From Candidatus Hodarchaeota archaeon (GTDB lineage Archaea; Asgardarchaeota; Heimdallarchaeia; Hodarchaeales; Hodarchaeaceae), in assembly GCA_016839815.1 (NCBI GenBank), contig JAEOTM010000173.1:1-42227 (forward strand): DNA of 42,227 bases. The letters are read 5' to 3'. Below, one piece after another: positions 11,801 through 19,837 of the stretch; positions within the stretch are counted from its first letter, which is position 1, and each line of letters starts with the position of its first letter. The notes under the pieces are model-generated. The model did no database searches. It was given only the letters and a program-made list of their open reading frames with translations, and was not told the origin of the DNA. The position numbers and the translations under genes are program-made.

Positions 11801-14800
11801 TACTCGCATCTCGATCGCAGGAGTATCGTCTGTAGCCCGTAAATGAAAGTACTGTGTTCCAGCGGCAGCATAGGTAAGAAGATAAAATTCAATAACCCCT
11901 GAGGCAGGTGGATTGTCAAATTGATGAACCGCCCAAGTCCATCTCGAGTTCTGTGCATCTCTAATCATAATAAAATTACTGTGGTTCTGAACTTCCGTTC
12001 CCCACAGTATTATATCAACGAAATCTGCACTTCCAGGAACAGATTCCCAAAATTCGTCAATAAAATCAATCTCAGTTCCAAATGTTCCATGCGGTTGATC
12101 TTCAAAGCCATAAGTACCAGGATAATAACCACTCATAGGTTGTTCATAGGCAATATTTTCAGGAGTAGCAATATCAATATTCCCCATGATCTGGAAAGGG
12201 TGAATTTCAGAGCGATAACTACTACCATATGTATCGCCATAGTAGATCTGTATGTCGTGTGTCCCTAGAGAAGGTAATACCATAGAAGTATCCCCTTCAA
12301 TTGTTACATTAGCAGTACTATCCATTGAATAACCAATCCACGTTGGTTCTGCAAGCTCGGGTCCTTCATAAACAGCTGGGAATCGGTTATCACCAATATT
12401 ATAATTAGGATCCCAAGAATGACCCATCGCATCAAAATGCATGTTTGCCTCAGTTGAATCCCCAGTTGAGGTTAGAAATCCGACACTTTTTCCATCCATA
12501 GAGAACCCAAGGTCAGGGGAGGCATAAAGTAAAGAATCACCATCTGAATCATACCATCTAACCCGGTAGGTGTGAGGAGCTAGTCCTGCATACAAACCAT
12601 CATCAGAGAAATCAATTGAAAATCGATACCACTTATTTTGTGACATAATAATCCCAACAGGTATACGAGTAGTACCATCCCAGACTGACAATTCATGTCT
12701 TCCAGTAACAGGTCCGTCATCAAGTCCTAATCGTACCGAATAATGGTAGGTTGAATTTTCTGCAAACAGACCCCAAGTGCACAAATATTGATTATTTTGA
12801 ACTAAAATCCAAAAATCTACTGTTCCAGAGGATCTAGACTCATCCCACACTCCATTTCCGGTAAAAACAGTGCCATAAGTATTATCCTGACAATAGAGAA
12901 CTTTTTTGTGCGTATTTCCATAACCATCTGTTTTTGAGTCGAGAACATACATTTCAGGGGCAGGTCTATTTTCATCATAAGCACTACCTCCTTGTAAATA
13001 CCCCCAATTATCGGGTTGACCCCCTGCTGGGATTTCATCGTATCCTTCAGAGGCTGGATAATATCCTTCCCAATCTGTCCGACTTCTTGTGATCGGGTCA
13101 AAGTCTAGGAGTAATCCTTCATTTAAGTTATCTCCAATCGTATAAAATGGATCCCACGAATAACCAAACGCATCAAAATAAAAAGCATGAGTGCCTGTTA
13201 TAACTTGAGCATCGGGGATTTCTGATCCAAGCGATCGGACATCAAATCCAGTTATTTCAGTCGGCGAACCTTCAAATGGAAAGATATATCCTGATCCATA
13301 CACTGTGCCGTCAAGATGTACCTGCCAACCTCCCTGGCTAATATCAAAATCAATTCGTATTTGCTTCCAAGTATCTTTAGGAAAAACATATTCACTAATA
13401 TTGACTCTAGAGGCATATACTCCTCTGTAAAGAGCCTGATTTTCTATTCCAAGCTCAATAGAGCCTCCTGTTCCTAAGAGTATAAATTTTGTCGCATCAC
13501 GACCTGTATCTGAGGCTTTATTAAACCAGAATTCAATCGTTCCAACTGTTGCACTAGTAGGAAATGTTTTAGCCATACTTGTTCTTGATTTCCCAAAACT
13601 TCCCCTTCTCTTAAATAACTCCACTACCTTTTTGTGGCCCATGTAGTCATCTATAACCCTCACTGTCCCAGCTTGTCCCGAATAATGGGGAACCCATCCG
13701 TTAGGGGGTTGACCCATTAATGTTGGCAATCCTGATCGGGTCATTGCGACATATGGAAAACTGGGGTCATTTTCAAAACTATAGGATGCTGGGTAATGAC
13801 CTTGTGAAACTTTAGAATATTGATCCTTTGGAGGGGAATTAATTGTAATGGGTTCAATAACCGTGACTGCAGGTTCATACTCTACACATTCTCTAACAGC
13901 AACCCAATCGACCAGAATACTAGGGGGAACCAATCCATCATTAGCGCAATTCGAAAGCGAACGCGTTCTTAGTGCACGTCCTGGTTGTCCCACTGTGCTT
14001 ATTGAATTGAGAGCTCCACTACACCCGTAGCCAAGTCCATAATACATCGCGTGGGTTAAAATTCTTACTCCAAGAGGGAAATCAGGAATACAGGAGCTAT
14101 TAGTATGTGTAATGATAGAAGACCCATTATTATATTGCACTAATGAACCTGAAATCCATCGGATATCACGTGTATTCCATGAATTCAATTCGAGAGCATT
14201 CTCGGTTATAGTGCTTCCATATTGTTTCTTTGACTGAATTCTATGTCCACGACTTATTTCTCCGAAATTAAGTGAATTATTAAGGTAAGCATTAAATGTA
14301 TCCGCTCCAGGATTAATAAAATAAAAATCATTAAATCCTAACATTGCCGCTCCATTACGTTCATCAGGATTGTCAGTAGTTACTGTTAATATTCCTCCTG
14401 AAACACTAGCTGAGCTATATACACCAATGTTTGTAGTCCATTTGGTAAGATCTATACTTCCCCCTTCAAAATCATCAAAAAAGACGAAAGTGTTATCTCC
14501 ATTGCTTTCATCTATAGCAGAGGGATTACCATAGTACATCATGATCTCTGATGTTCCTGCGAGTGGAACTTTGATCCATATTATCGAATTTCCAGAAGAG
14601 TTCCATGACTCAATCCAATAGTTTAATGGGTTATCCGAAAGATCCTGAATCCGAATATCCCTTCCATCTGTTGTCGCTTGTGAATAATCAAAATTTTCAG
14701 GAGTAAGAATAAGCTTAATCTGATAATCATTCTGAGGTACTACGGGATTAATGCTTAGTTTCGACCCATAAGTCCATCCGATTGGGATAGTGCTCACCTT

Positions 14801-14983
14801 ACTTTGAATATCTGTATTTGAATCTTGAATAACATGATTTGACTCTGATTCTCTTTCTTCACGAAGAGTATGTATGTTTCTTTCATTAAGAGGGCTAGTA
14901 GTTAAACCTCCTATATCAAAAAGATAAATAAAATTGAAAATTAACATAATAATTATTATTGAACCTGTAAAACGTCTTTTCAT
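8825..14983 (-). CDS. Giant surface protein: DUF2341-like domain, four ConA/LamG-like repeats, six Ig-like stalk repeats, PGF-CTERM
   Basis: DUF2341-type motif DGRDIRI...LNYWIESWN...IWIKVP...MYYGNP...FFDDFE; four GxYP[AG]...D[A]xGxSW...GDN repeats; C-terminus APGFEFPGIISLLLIPILF-KKRGRR; ATG at 14983 preferred over TTG at 14998. Confidence 0.82.
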   Translation of the reverse strand: MKRRFTGSIIIIMLIFNFIYLFDIGGLTTSPLNERNIHTLREERESESNHVIQDSNTDIQSKVSTIPIGWTYGSKLSINPVVPQNDYQIKLILTPENFDYSQATTDGRDIRIQDLSDNPLNYWIESWNSSGNSIIWIKVPLAGTSEIMMYYGNPSAIDESNGDNTFVFFDDFEGGSIDLTKWTTNIGVYSSASVSGGILTVTTDNPDERNGAAMLGFNDFYFINPGADTFNAYLNNSLNFGEISRGHRIQSKKQYGSTITENALELNSWNTRDIRWISGSLVQYNNGSSIITHTNSSCIPDFPLGVRILTHAMYYGLGYGCSGALNSISTVGQPGRALRTRSLSNCANDGLVPPSILVDWVAVRECVEYEPAVTVIEPITINSPPKDQYSKVSQGHYPASYSFENDPSFPYVAMTRSGLPTLMGQPPNGWVPHYSGQAGTVRVIDDYMGHKKVVELFKRRGSFGKSRTSMAKTFPTSATVGTIEFWFNKASDTGRDATKFILLGTGGSIELGIENQALYRGVYASRVNISEYVFPKDTWKQIRIDFDISQGGWQVHLDGTVYGSGYIFPFEGSPTEITGFDVRSLGSEIPDAQVITGTHAFYFDAFGYSWDPFYTIGDNLNEGLLLDFDPITRSRTDWEGYYPASEGYDEIPAGGQPDNWGYLQGGSAYDENRPAPEMYVLDSKTDGYGNTHKKVLYCQDNTYGTVFTGNGVWDESRSSGTVDFWILVQNNQYLCTWGLFAENSTYHYSVRLGLDDGPVTGRHELSVWDGTTRIPVGIIMSQNKWYRFSIDFSDDGLYAGLAPHTYRVRWYDSDGDSLLYASPDLGFSMDGKSVGFLTSTGDSTEANMHFDAMGHSWDPNYNIGDNRFPAVYEGPELAEPTWIGYSMDSTANVTIEGDTSMVLPSLGTHDIQIYYGDTYGSSYRSEIHPFQIMGNIDIATPENIAYEQPMSGYYPGTYGFEDQPHGTFGTEIDFIDEFWESVPGSADFVDIILWGTEVQNHSNFIMIRDAQNSRWTWAVHQFDNPPASGVIEFYLLTYAAAGTQYFHLRATDDTPAIEMRVTYSAPLIYQQYFDGSSWQDIAIYSDGSWLHNSILFDCEVGINGQFNWTVSHEDGTEVGRVENIEFRNDLNTLDEIYFASTNAGTLSIRYDAFGFSWEGYSVGDNLNEGLLLSYADIALKQGHYPATYSFENENDYDTGLNIEFLDEYHASGSFVGTAVFDGPLYGHRNYYHIGDAQGGHYTSGVHIFDSPPSVGTLEFFVLGNTPHGTTGTHHFILRATDDTPAIQMRVNFIGGGNGIFQYYDGSAWQDIANFIAYNWYHHSISFDCTAGINGQFTYIVSFENGTEIGRVENIEFVNNLSTLDELYLASDVPTYLISTSWDAFGFSWDPNYNIGDNLLETLEPLSSLRYSLDGQVNISIHGNHTIPWPSPGSHTIQVFGSDYLGNIYSSDLRSFSIFSPDPPSISGPNDFTFNYGDSGYSILWSVSDPEPSNYTVYQNGTIFAEGTWTTLVLVSLEGIEQGNHNFTCVISNLYGLKAKDEVWITVLPAAPDTTPPMISSPSDLTFEEGSIGYSLIWIGSDNRAPWWASVIRNSTLIYNQAWIGNDIVISLDGTPPGVYFYNCTLSDEAGNSISDIVKVSIYPAVPDTQEPLITPPNPTTFELNTPGSTITFICVENHPYIYRVSVNGTEILYNPWRGENITVSVENLLVGKWNITLELWDLAGNYASGNADVEIIHPLPDITPPSISQPADIMVLENMGGTITWEVIDDHPQFFVLLRNGTLIYTQDSWESGLIQYSFTSLPLGNWVYTLTVWDQAGNSASSSAVVRVVEGSEYDNLPPEINHLPDITITFGTVGNSLTFYLFDSYPQGYRVYLDSVIIAEESWTTTNIQVKVYLDGLAVGMYYVNLTAWDIYGNWDSRLVKVTVDGDVDPPTISSPPDTIAYKGSDSKLVWEVDDAAPSHFEIRDLSNGSIISEGPWSGEDIEFDIEQLDLGVEYHLQCTVYDMSGNFAKDDVRVTLLKPSSAPGFEFPGIISLLLIPILFKKRGRRCKK
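10790..13805 (-). repeat. Four intragenic ~220-250 aa repeats (lectin/LamG-like) in the giant surface protein
   Basis: Starts GHYPASYSFEND, GYYPASEGYDE, GYYPGTYGFEDQ, GHYPATYSFENE; ends FDAFGYSWDPFYTIGDN, FDAMGHSWDPNYNIGDN, YDAFGFSWEGYSVGDN, WDAFGFSWDPNYNIGDN. Confidence 0.85.
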
Positions 14984-14999
14984 TCTCTCATCTCTCAAA

Positions 15000-15152
15000 T
15001 GTCGGAGTATAATGGAGAAATTTACTTAATCCGACAAAATATTTTATGACAACAATATATTTATAAATATTACGAATCGCATAAATATTTGTATTTAATA
15101 AACCGAAGGTTTTATATGGGATTCACTGTGAAATCTCTAAATGAAGAGATTT
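15000..15152. promoter_or_regulatory. Divergent promoter region with palindromic TATA element and inverted repeats
   Basis: Perfect 14-bp palindrome ATATTTATAAATAT (15057-15070); TTTTATAT near 15110-15117; IR AAATCTCT-N6-AGAGATTT (15131-15152); IR TGTCGGA-N23-TCCGACA (15000-15036). Confidence 0.55.
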
Positions 15153-15153
15153 T

Positions 15154-15813
15154 ATGGTACCAAAACGACGATCTTCAATACAAACTAGAACAATCACTGA
15201 AAGTACAGGAATAGAAACAATGAGTACACTAGAAGAGATTAAATCAGAAATCCTCGTTTTGAATAAAAAAGTAGAAGATCTGACATCCCGATTAGACATA
15301 ATTACGGATTTATTATTATCAGAGGAGAAACCTGAATTAGTAGGGTATCTCCAAGAAACTTTAGATATTATTAAAACTCTCGAAGACGAGAACGATGGAA
15401 TGCCGATTTCTAGAATTGATCTAGCCAATGTTCTGGATGTCCATCCCAATACTGCGTACGTTCGTGCGGAAAAATTAGTAAAGAGACAATTACTTTTAAA
15501 ATTCTACGGAAGAGAATTAGGGTTAACCCGATTCGAAGATAAAAAGGCTGTATTCTATTCTTTACCTCGTTCATTATACGATCCTAAGTATGTTGAAACG
15601 ATGAGAAATAATAATGAAGCAGCTCATATGGTTTCTCTGACTCTTTTGCAACAACAACCTCTTTCTAGAGCTATTCTTTTGAAAAGCGACAAATTACCTA
15701 CTCAAGAAATCGATTTAGCATTACAATACTTATTAAATCGAGGTCTAATAGTCCAAGAAATTAAGAGGAATGATATTCAATATCGTATAAGAAGTATCGA
15801 AACTAATGAATAA
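15154..15813 (+). CDS. Putative transcription regulator: N-terminal coiled coil plus two winged-helix domains
   Basis: Heptad segment LEEIKSEILVLNKKVEDLTSRL; HTH ISRIDLANVLDVHPNTAYVRAEKLVKRQLL; second wHTH ending EIDLALQYLLNRGLIVQE...YRI; alternative start 15220. Confidence 0.7.
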   Translation: MVPKRRSSIQTRTITESTGIETMSTLEEIKSEILVLNKKVEDLTSRLDIITDLLLSEEKPELVGYLQETLDIIKTLEDENDGMPISRIDLANVLDVHPNTAYVRAEKLVKRQLLLKFYGRELGLTRFEDKKAVFYSLPRSLYDPKYVETMRNNNEAAHMVSLTLLQQQPLSRAILLKSDKLPTQEIDLALQYLLNRGLIVQEIKRNDIQYRIRSIETNE

Positions 15814-15850
15814 CTAGCCTTGTCACTATTTGAGGAACTAGGGGACCAAG

Positions 15851-16609
15851 ATGAAAATTATTGCTACTCATAGCTTTAGGGGAGGATCAGGAAAAAGTTT
15901 TATCGCCTTAAATATGGCTGCTGCTTCTGCAAGAACAGGATTAAAAACAATTATAATGGATTGTGATTTTGGATCACCATCGTTTCAAGCAAATCTTCCT
16001 GCGAAAACCCCTCCTAAAAAATATGGAAATGACTTTCTTTTAAGTAAATCTAAAAGCACCAGTATCGTTACACCAACAACTATACGCAATCTTGATGTAA
16101 TTTTTGCAGATCCTCGTCCAGTTTTGGGTGAGGGATTATTAGAAATGACAGAAAAACCCCATTTAAAAGCGCTCCAACAATTTTCATTATTACGAGAGTT
16201 ATTAGAGAAACAAGGATACCAAAGACTCTTTTTAGATACTGCTCCAAATCTCTCCTATAATAGTGCTAATGCTTTAACAATTGCTGATTCAATCATCCTT
16301 GTTCATCGACCTGTAATTCACTCTCTTGACATTACTTTATACATAATTCAAACGATATATTCTACTCTAAAAAAATCTTTAAAACCGCGTGATTTTTTCT
16401 TAATATACAATCAAGTTCCTCACGGTACCCCCGAAATGGTAAATGAATTATTAAATAGGTTAACATCGGAGTTTCAACAAAAATTCGATGTTGAAGTCCT
16501 AGGTAAAATTTCTCTTGATCCAAAGATGGATTTTTGGGATTCTCTTCTTGTTCATGAGGGATCTGAACTATTAGAAGATTTAAAGAAGATGACAGAAAGA
16601 CTTTCTTAA
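15851..16609 (+). CDS. MinD/ParA-family P-loop ATPase
   Basis: Deviant Walker A HSFRGGSGKS, switch I MDCDFGSP, Walker B LFLDTAP, later YNQVP. Confidence 0.9.
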   Translation: MKIIATHSFRGGSGKSFIALNMAAASARTGLKTIIMDCDFGSPSFQANLPAKTPPKKYGNDFLLSKSKSTSIVTPTTIRNLDVIFADPRPVLGEGLLEMTEKPHLKALQQFSLLRELLEKQGYQRLFLDTAPNLSYNSANALTIADSIILVHRPVIHSLDITLYIIQTIYSTLKKSLKPRDFFLIYNQVPHGTPEMVNELLNRLTSEFQQKFDVEVLGKISLDPKMDFWDSLLVHEGSELLEDLKKMTERLS

Positions 16610-16721
16610 ATTTTGAAGAGTAGAAATCCATTGATAGGTACTATTCACATGAGCTTACAACAAAATTCTTGTTTAATCCCCCATTATCCAGAAAGATCGG
16701 AATATTATTTCCAATTCTTAT

Positions 16722-17663
16722 TCATACACTATCTTCCTCTTGAAAATATAACAGAGAGTCAGCTTTCTCGATAAACTTAAGTAGGGATTGAACGTCTGCA
16801 CTAAAAACTTGTTGAGGAAGTTGTTTTTGAAGTTTAGATAGGCTTTTTTGAAGTTGAATTGCACTATCTCTAGCTTTATGGACGTTTAAAGTGATTAAGA
16901 GATCTCTATCCCTTGTCAAGAAATATGCTTGGGGGAAAAAGATTATGACCATTCCTATTGAATCGAGATTAGAATATAAGGTTCCTGGAAGAGCTAATCC
17001 AAGAATTGTTAAAAAGATTCCAATAGTCCAAGAGGCTTTTAGAAGATCAATATTTCTCTTTTTTGATAAGAGCTGTTTTTGTTTCTTCATTACTGATGAA
17101 ATCTTCCTGTTTCCATCATTTGCAGACTTCTTAAGGTTTTTTCCAATAAAAGTAAGTTCTAATTCAATTCGTTCTTGAATTGTATTAAGAGCTTGAATAG
17201 ACAGTATGAATATATAGCCTCCTTGGATAGAAAGCAGAATGATTAACAGTAATGAAACATCTTGATAAAAACCTAAATTTTCTACCATGTATATTTTCCA
17301 TGGATTATTTAAAAGAGAAATAAAACCTGCACCACTAGCTATATAATAAATTTTAGAAATCCAAGATATCTCTTGATAAATTAGATGTAAATAATGTGCG
17401 TAAAAAGGGATGGCGATCATAATCAATATAATACTCCAACCTAAGGTAATTTCTGCAAGTGATTCCTGGCCGACTTCTAAAAACGGGGTTATAGAATAGA
17501 TTAACATGTTGACAGCCATAAAAATAAGAGCAATGATGAAATAAAATAAGAAATTATCCTTAGGATTCCTTTTAAACAGGATAAACGCGTTTAAACTGAC
17601 ATAGGAAAGGATTAATCCTGCGAAAAGAGGAAAAATAAATCTCAAAAGTTGAATAGTATTCAT
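16722..17663 (-). CDS. Stand-alone seven-transmembrane protein (paralog 1), putative sensor/receptor
   Basis: Seven hydrophobic segments, ~50-aa Lys-rich loop between TM5 and TM6, helical C-tail ending FIEKADSLLYFQE; ATG at 17663 aligns with the paralog start (ORF track extends to 17687). Confidence 0.75.
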   Translation of the reverse strand: MNTIQLLRFIFPLFAGLILSYVSLNAFILFKRNPKDNFLFYFIIALIFMAVNMLIYSITPFLEVGQESLAEITLGWSIILIMIAIPFYAHYLHLIYQEISWISKIYYIASGAGFISLLNNPWKIYMVENLGFYQDVSLLLIILLSIQGGYIFILSIQALNTIQERIELELTFIGKNLKKSANDGNRKISSVMKKQKQLLSKKRNIDLLKASWTIGIFLTILGLALPGTLYSNLDSIGMVIIFFPQAYFLTRDRDLLITLNVHKARDSAIQLQKSLSKLQKQLPQQVFSADVQSLLKFIEKADSLLYFQEEDSV

Positions 17664-17857
17664 CTTATGGGATCTTGTTTTTATCACACAAATACATAAA
17701 CTTGCCTGTTAATGAAATCATTTCCTAAGAAAATCTATTCCGGTGTCTATTTTATCCCAATAATCACATGAAATTCAATACTTATAATAATAAAAATTAA
17801 ACCTAGTAAATTCTCAGAGTTAAAGATTTTATTCAAGGGTAGAAAAATCTAAACTAA

Positions 17858-18826
17858 TTATTCCGCTAGAGATTCCTGAAAGTATAATAAGGCATCTGCT
17901 TTTTCGATGAACTTTACTAGTGTCTCGAGATTTTCATAAACAATTTCCTGAGGAAATTGTGTCTCTAATTTTGTGAAGCTCTCATGAAATTTCCTTGCCC
18001 TCACTTTTACTCTTTGAACTAATAATAAGGTTAAAAGCCATTTATCTTTAGTCGCATAATATGCTTGGGGAAGAAAAAAGAGAAGTACACCAATGGAATC
18101 GGCATTAAAAGATGAAGTCCCTGGTAGTACAATCCCTAGACATACTAAAAACCCACCTAAGATCCAAAAAAGCTTAATCATGGTAAGTGTTCGCATATTC
18201 ACAGATAATCTTTTTCTACTGTTAAGAAAGCGTGTTTGTTGATCCAACAGTTGTGGATTGTATTGGTGGCCCGTACGTTGAATTTCTAAACCTTTTACTT
18301 TCATTAACTGTAATTCTTGACTTAAGGATTGCTTAACTCTTTCCAAAATGACATACATGATTAGAGTTCCACAGAAAAGGACTAATACTAGAATTATCGA
18401 AAATTGTAAGGATAAATCTTGATGATATCCAAGATCTCGAAGGTAATATATCTTCCAAGGATTGTAATTGAGCACTACAATAACTATACCTGCTCCAGAG
18501 ATGAGATAAAACAATTTTGAAACAAGAAAGACCTCTCGTGAAATATTATGCCAATATTGAATATAGAGAATCGTTCCCAGTTGTAATAATAGGATACTCC
18601 CGCCTAAACAAATTTCGGCTAAAATATCCTGACCTTCAGTCAAAAAAGGGGTGAAACTGTAGAGAAGCATACTAAAAGCGAATATCCCCAAACTAGCACC
18701 ATAATAAATTGATATCTCCTTTCGTGGCTGATTTTTATATACCAGCAATCCTCTCACAAGTAAAAATGTAATAACTAAAGTCCCAAGAAAAGGAACTAAG
18801 GCTCTGATGAGAAGATAAAGGTTCAA
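17858..18826 (-). CDS. Stand-alone seven-transmembrane protein (paralog 2), putative sensor/receptor
   Basis: Shares YSxTPFLxxGQxxLAEI, NPWKIY, LGxxQDxSL, DSIG...PQAY and FIEKADxLLYFQE with paralog 1; TTG start. Confidence 0.75.
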   Translation of the reverse strand: MNLYLLIRALVPFLGTLVITFLLVRGLLVYKNQPRKEISIYYGASLGIFAFSMLLYSFTPFLTEGQDILAEICLGGSILLLQLGTILYIQYWHNISREVFLVSKLFYLISGAGIVIVVLNYNPWKIYYLRDLGYHQDLSLQFSIILVLVLFCGTLIMYVILERVKQSLSQELQLMKVKGLEIQRTGHQYNPQLLDQQTRFLNSRKRLSVNMRTLTMIKLFWILGGFLVCLGIVLPGTSSFNADSIGVLLFFLPQAYYATKDKWLLTLLLVQRVKVRARKFHESFTKLETQFPQEIVYENLETLVKFIEKADALLYFQESLAE

Positions 18827-19155
18827 CTACAAATCTCTCCAGATATGACTTTGACTAGAGTTCGACTGTTATAATCCCTTATAAGCTTTCTTAGTGGAAG
18901 CTAATGGTGAGTTTGAGATTATTTGAGTTGTTTTCATTTTAAGGAATGCATTTTATGGGAGGTGAAAAGGTTTTCATTTCGGTGATATCCCAATGTCATA
19001 GTACCTCAAAAAATACTGAAGTGACTAATTGAGTGAAGAGATGTCATTTTTGAAGATCTTCGCTGCTTATGAGCTTTATCTAACATTGTATGTTGTAGAA
19101 GTACCTAAACATAGAAAGCATTCTTACTGGAATATAAATGGATAGTTGACCAATC

Positions 19156-19836
19156 ATGACGTATACGGGCGTTATTTCATCTGAGATGGATAAAGAACGC
19201 GAAGAGGCTGAGTTAAAAGATCTGAAACGAATATTAGAGATGAAAAAAATATTCTCTGAGGATCAAGTGCAAGAAACATGGAATTCTCTTAAGAAGATGC
19301 AAGAGGAATTAGAATTACCATCTCTGTATCCCATGAAACACCATTATTATTTCTATCTACGATTAGAAGAAATTCGAAGCGCACTAGCACCTTTTCCTAT
19401 GGATTTCCTTCAATTAAATCTGCTTCATGTAGAAATAAATAGCTTACGCGATCTATTAGAGTTACCGACCACAGCTACTATTCCGGAAATGATCAGTCTA
19501 ATACGAAAAATGTCTTTGGAAGAGTTAATGTCATTAGAACTTGGATCTGATTCACTTTTGTTAAAGATTCTTTTACTCCAACTCTCCACAAAACCAGCGA
19601 ACTTTGCTATAGATGAGCGTCCAGCATTAGTACATGATCTAGATAGAAAACTTCTGGAAATACTCATCTCCTATGGCCCTCTTACTCGTCCAGAATTAGT
19701 CGAAGTAACTGGGGTTGCTCGAAGTTCGATTTATGATAGTTTACGTCGTTTAAATTTAAAAGGACTCATTACTCAGTATTCTGGAAAAAGGACGAGTGTT
19801 GGTCGTCCAATGACCCTATTTGATGCATTAATCTAG
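19156..19836 (+). CDS. Transcription regulator with C-terminal TrmB-like winged HTH and helical N-terminal region
   Basis: LLEILISYGPLTRPELVEVTGVARSSIYDSLRRLNLKGLI...GRP. Confidence 0.8.
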   Translation: MTYTGVISSEMDKEREEAELKDLKRILEMKKIFSEDQVQETWNSLKKMQEELELPSLYPMKHHYYFYLRLEEIRSALAPFPMDFLQLNLLHVEINSLRDLLELPTTATIPEMISLIRKMSLEELMSLELGSDSLLLKILLLQLSTKPANFAIDERPALVHDLDRKLLEILISYGPLTRPELVEVTGVARSSIYDSLRRLNLKGLITQYSGKRTSVGRPMTLFDALI

Positions 19837-19837
19837 A

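Noticed and set aside
2826-14030. Short ORFs nested in or antisense to the giant surface genes
   Set aside because: Fully overlap long motif-bearing CDSs and have no recognisable features
15123-15449. 108-aa minus-strand ORF
   Set aside because: Antisense shadow of the wHTH regulator; no motif
15851-16609. ATPase as a plasmid/prophage partition system
   Set aside because: No ParB, centromere-like repeats, integrase, replication or virion genes in the window
16722-18826. 7TM proteins as retinal-binding rhodopsins
   Set aside because: TM7 has no Schiff-base Lys (DSIGM / DSIGV instead of DxxxK)
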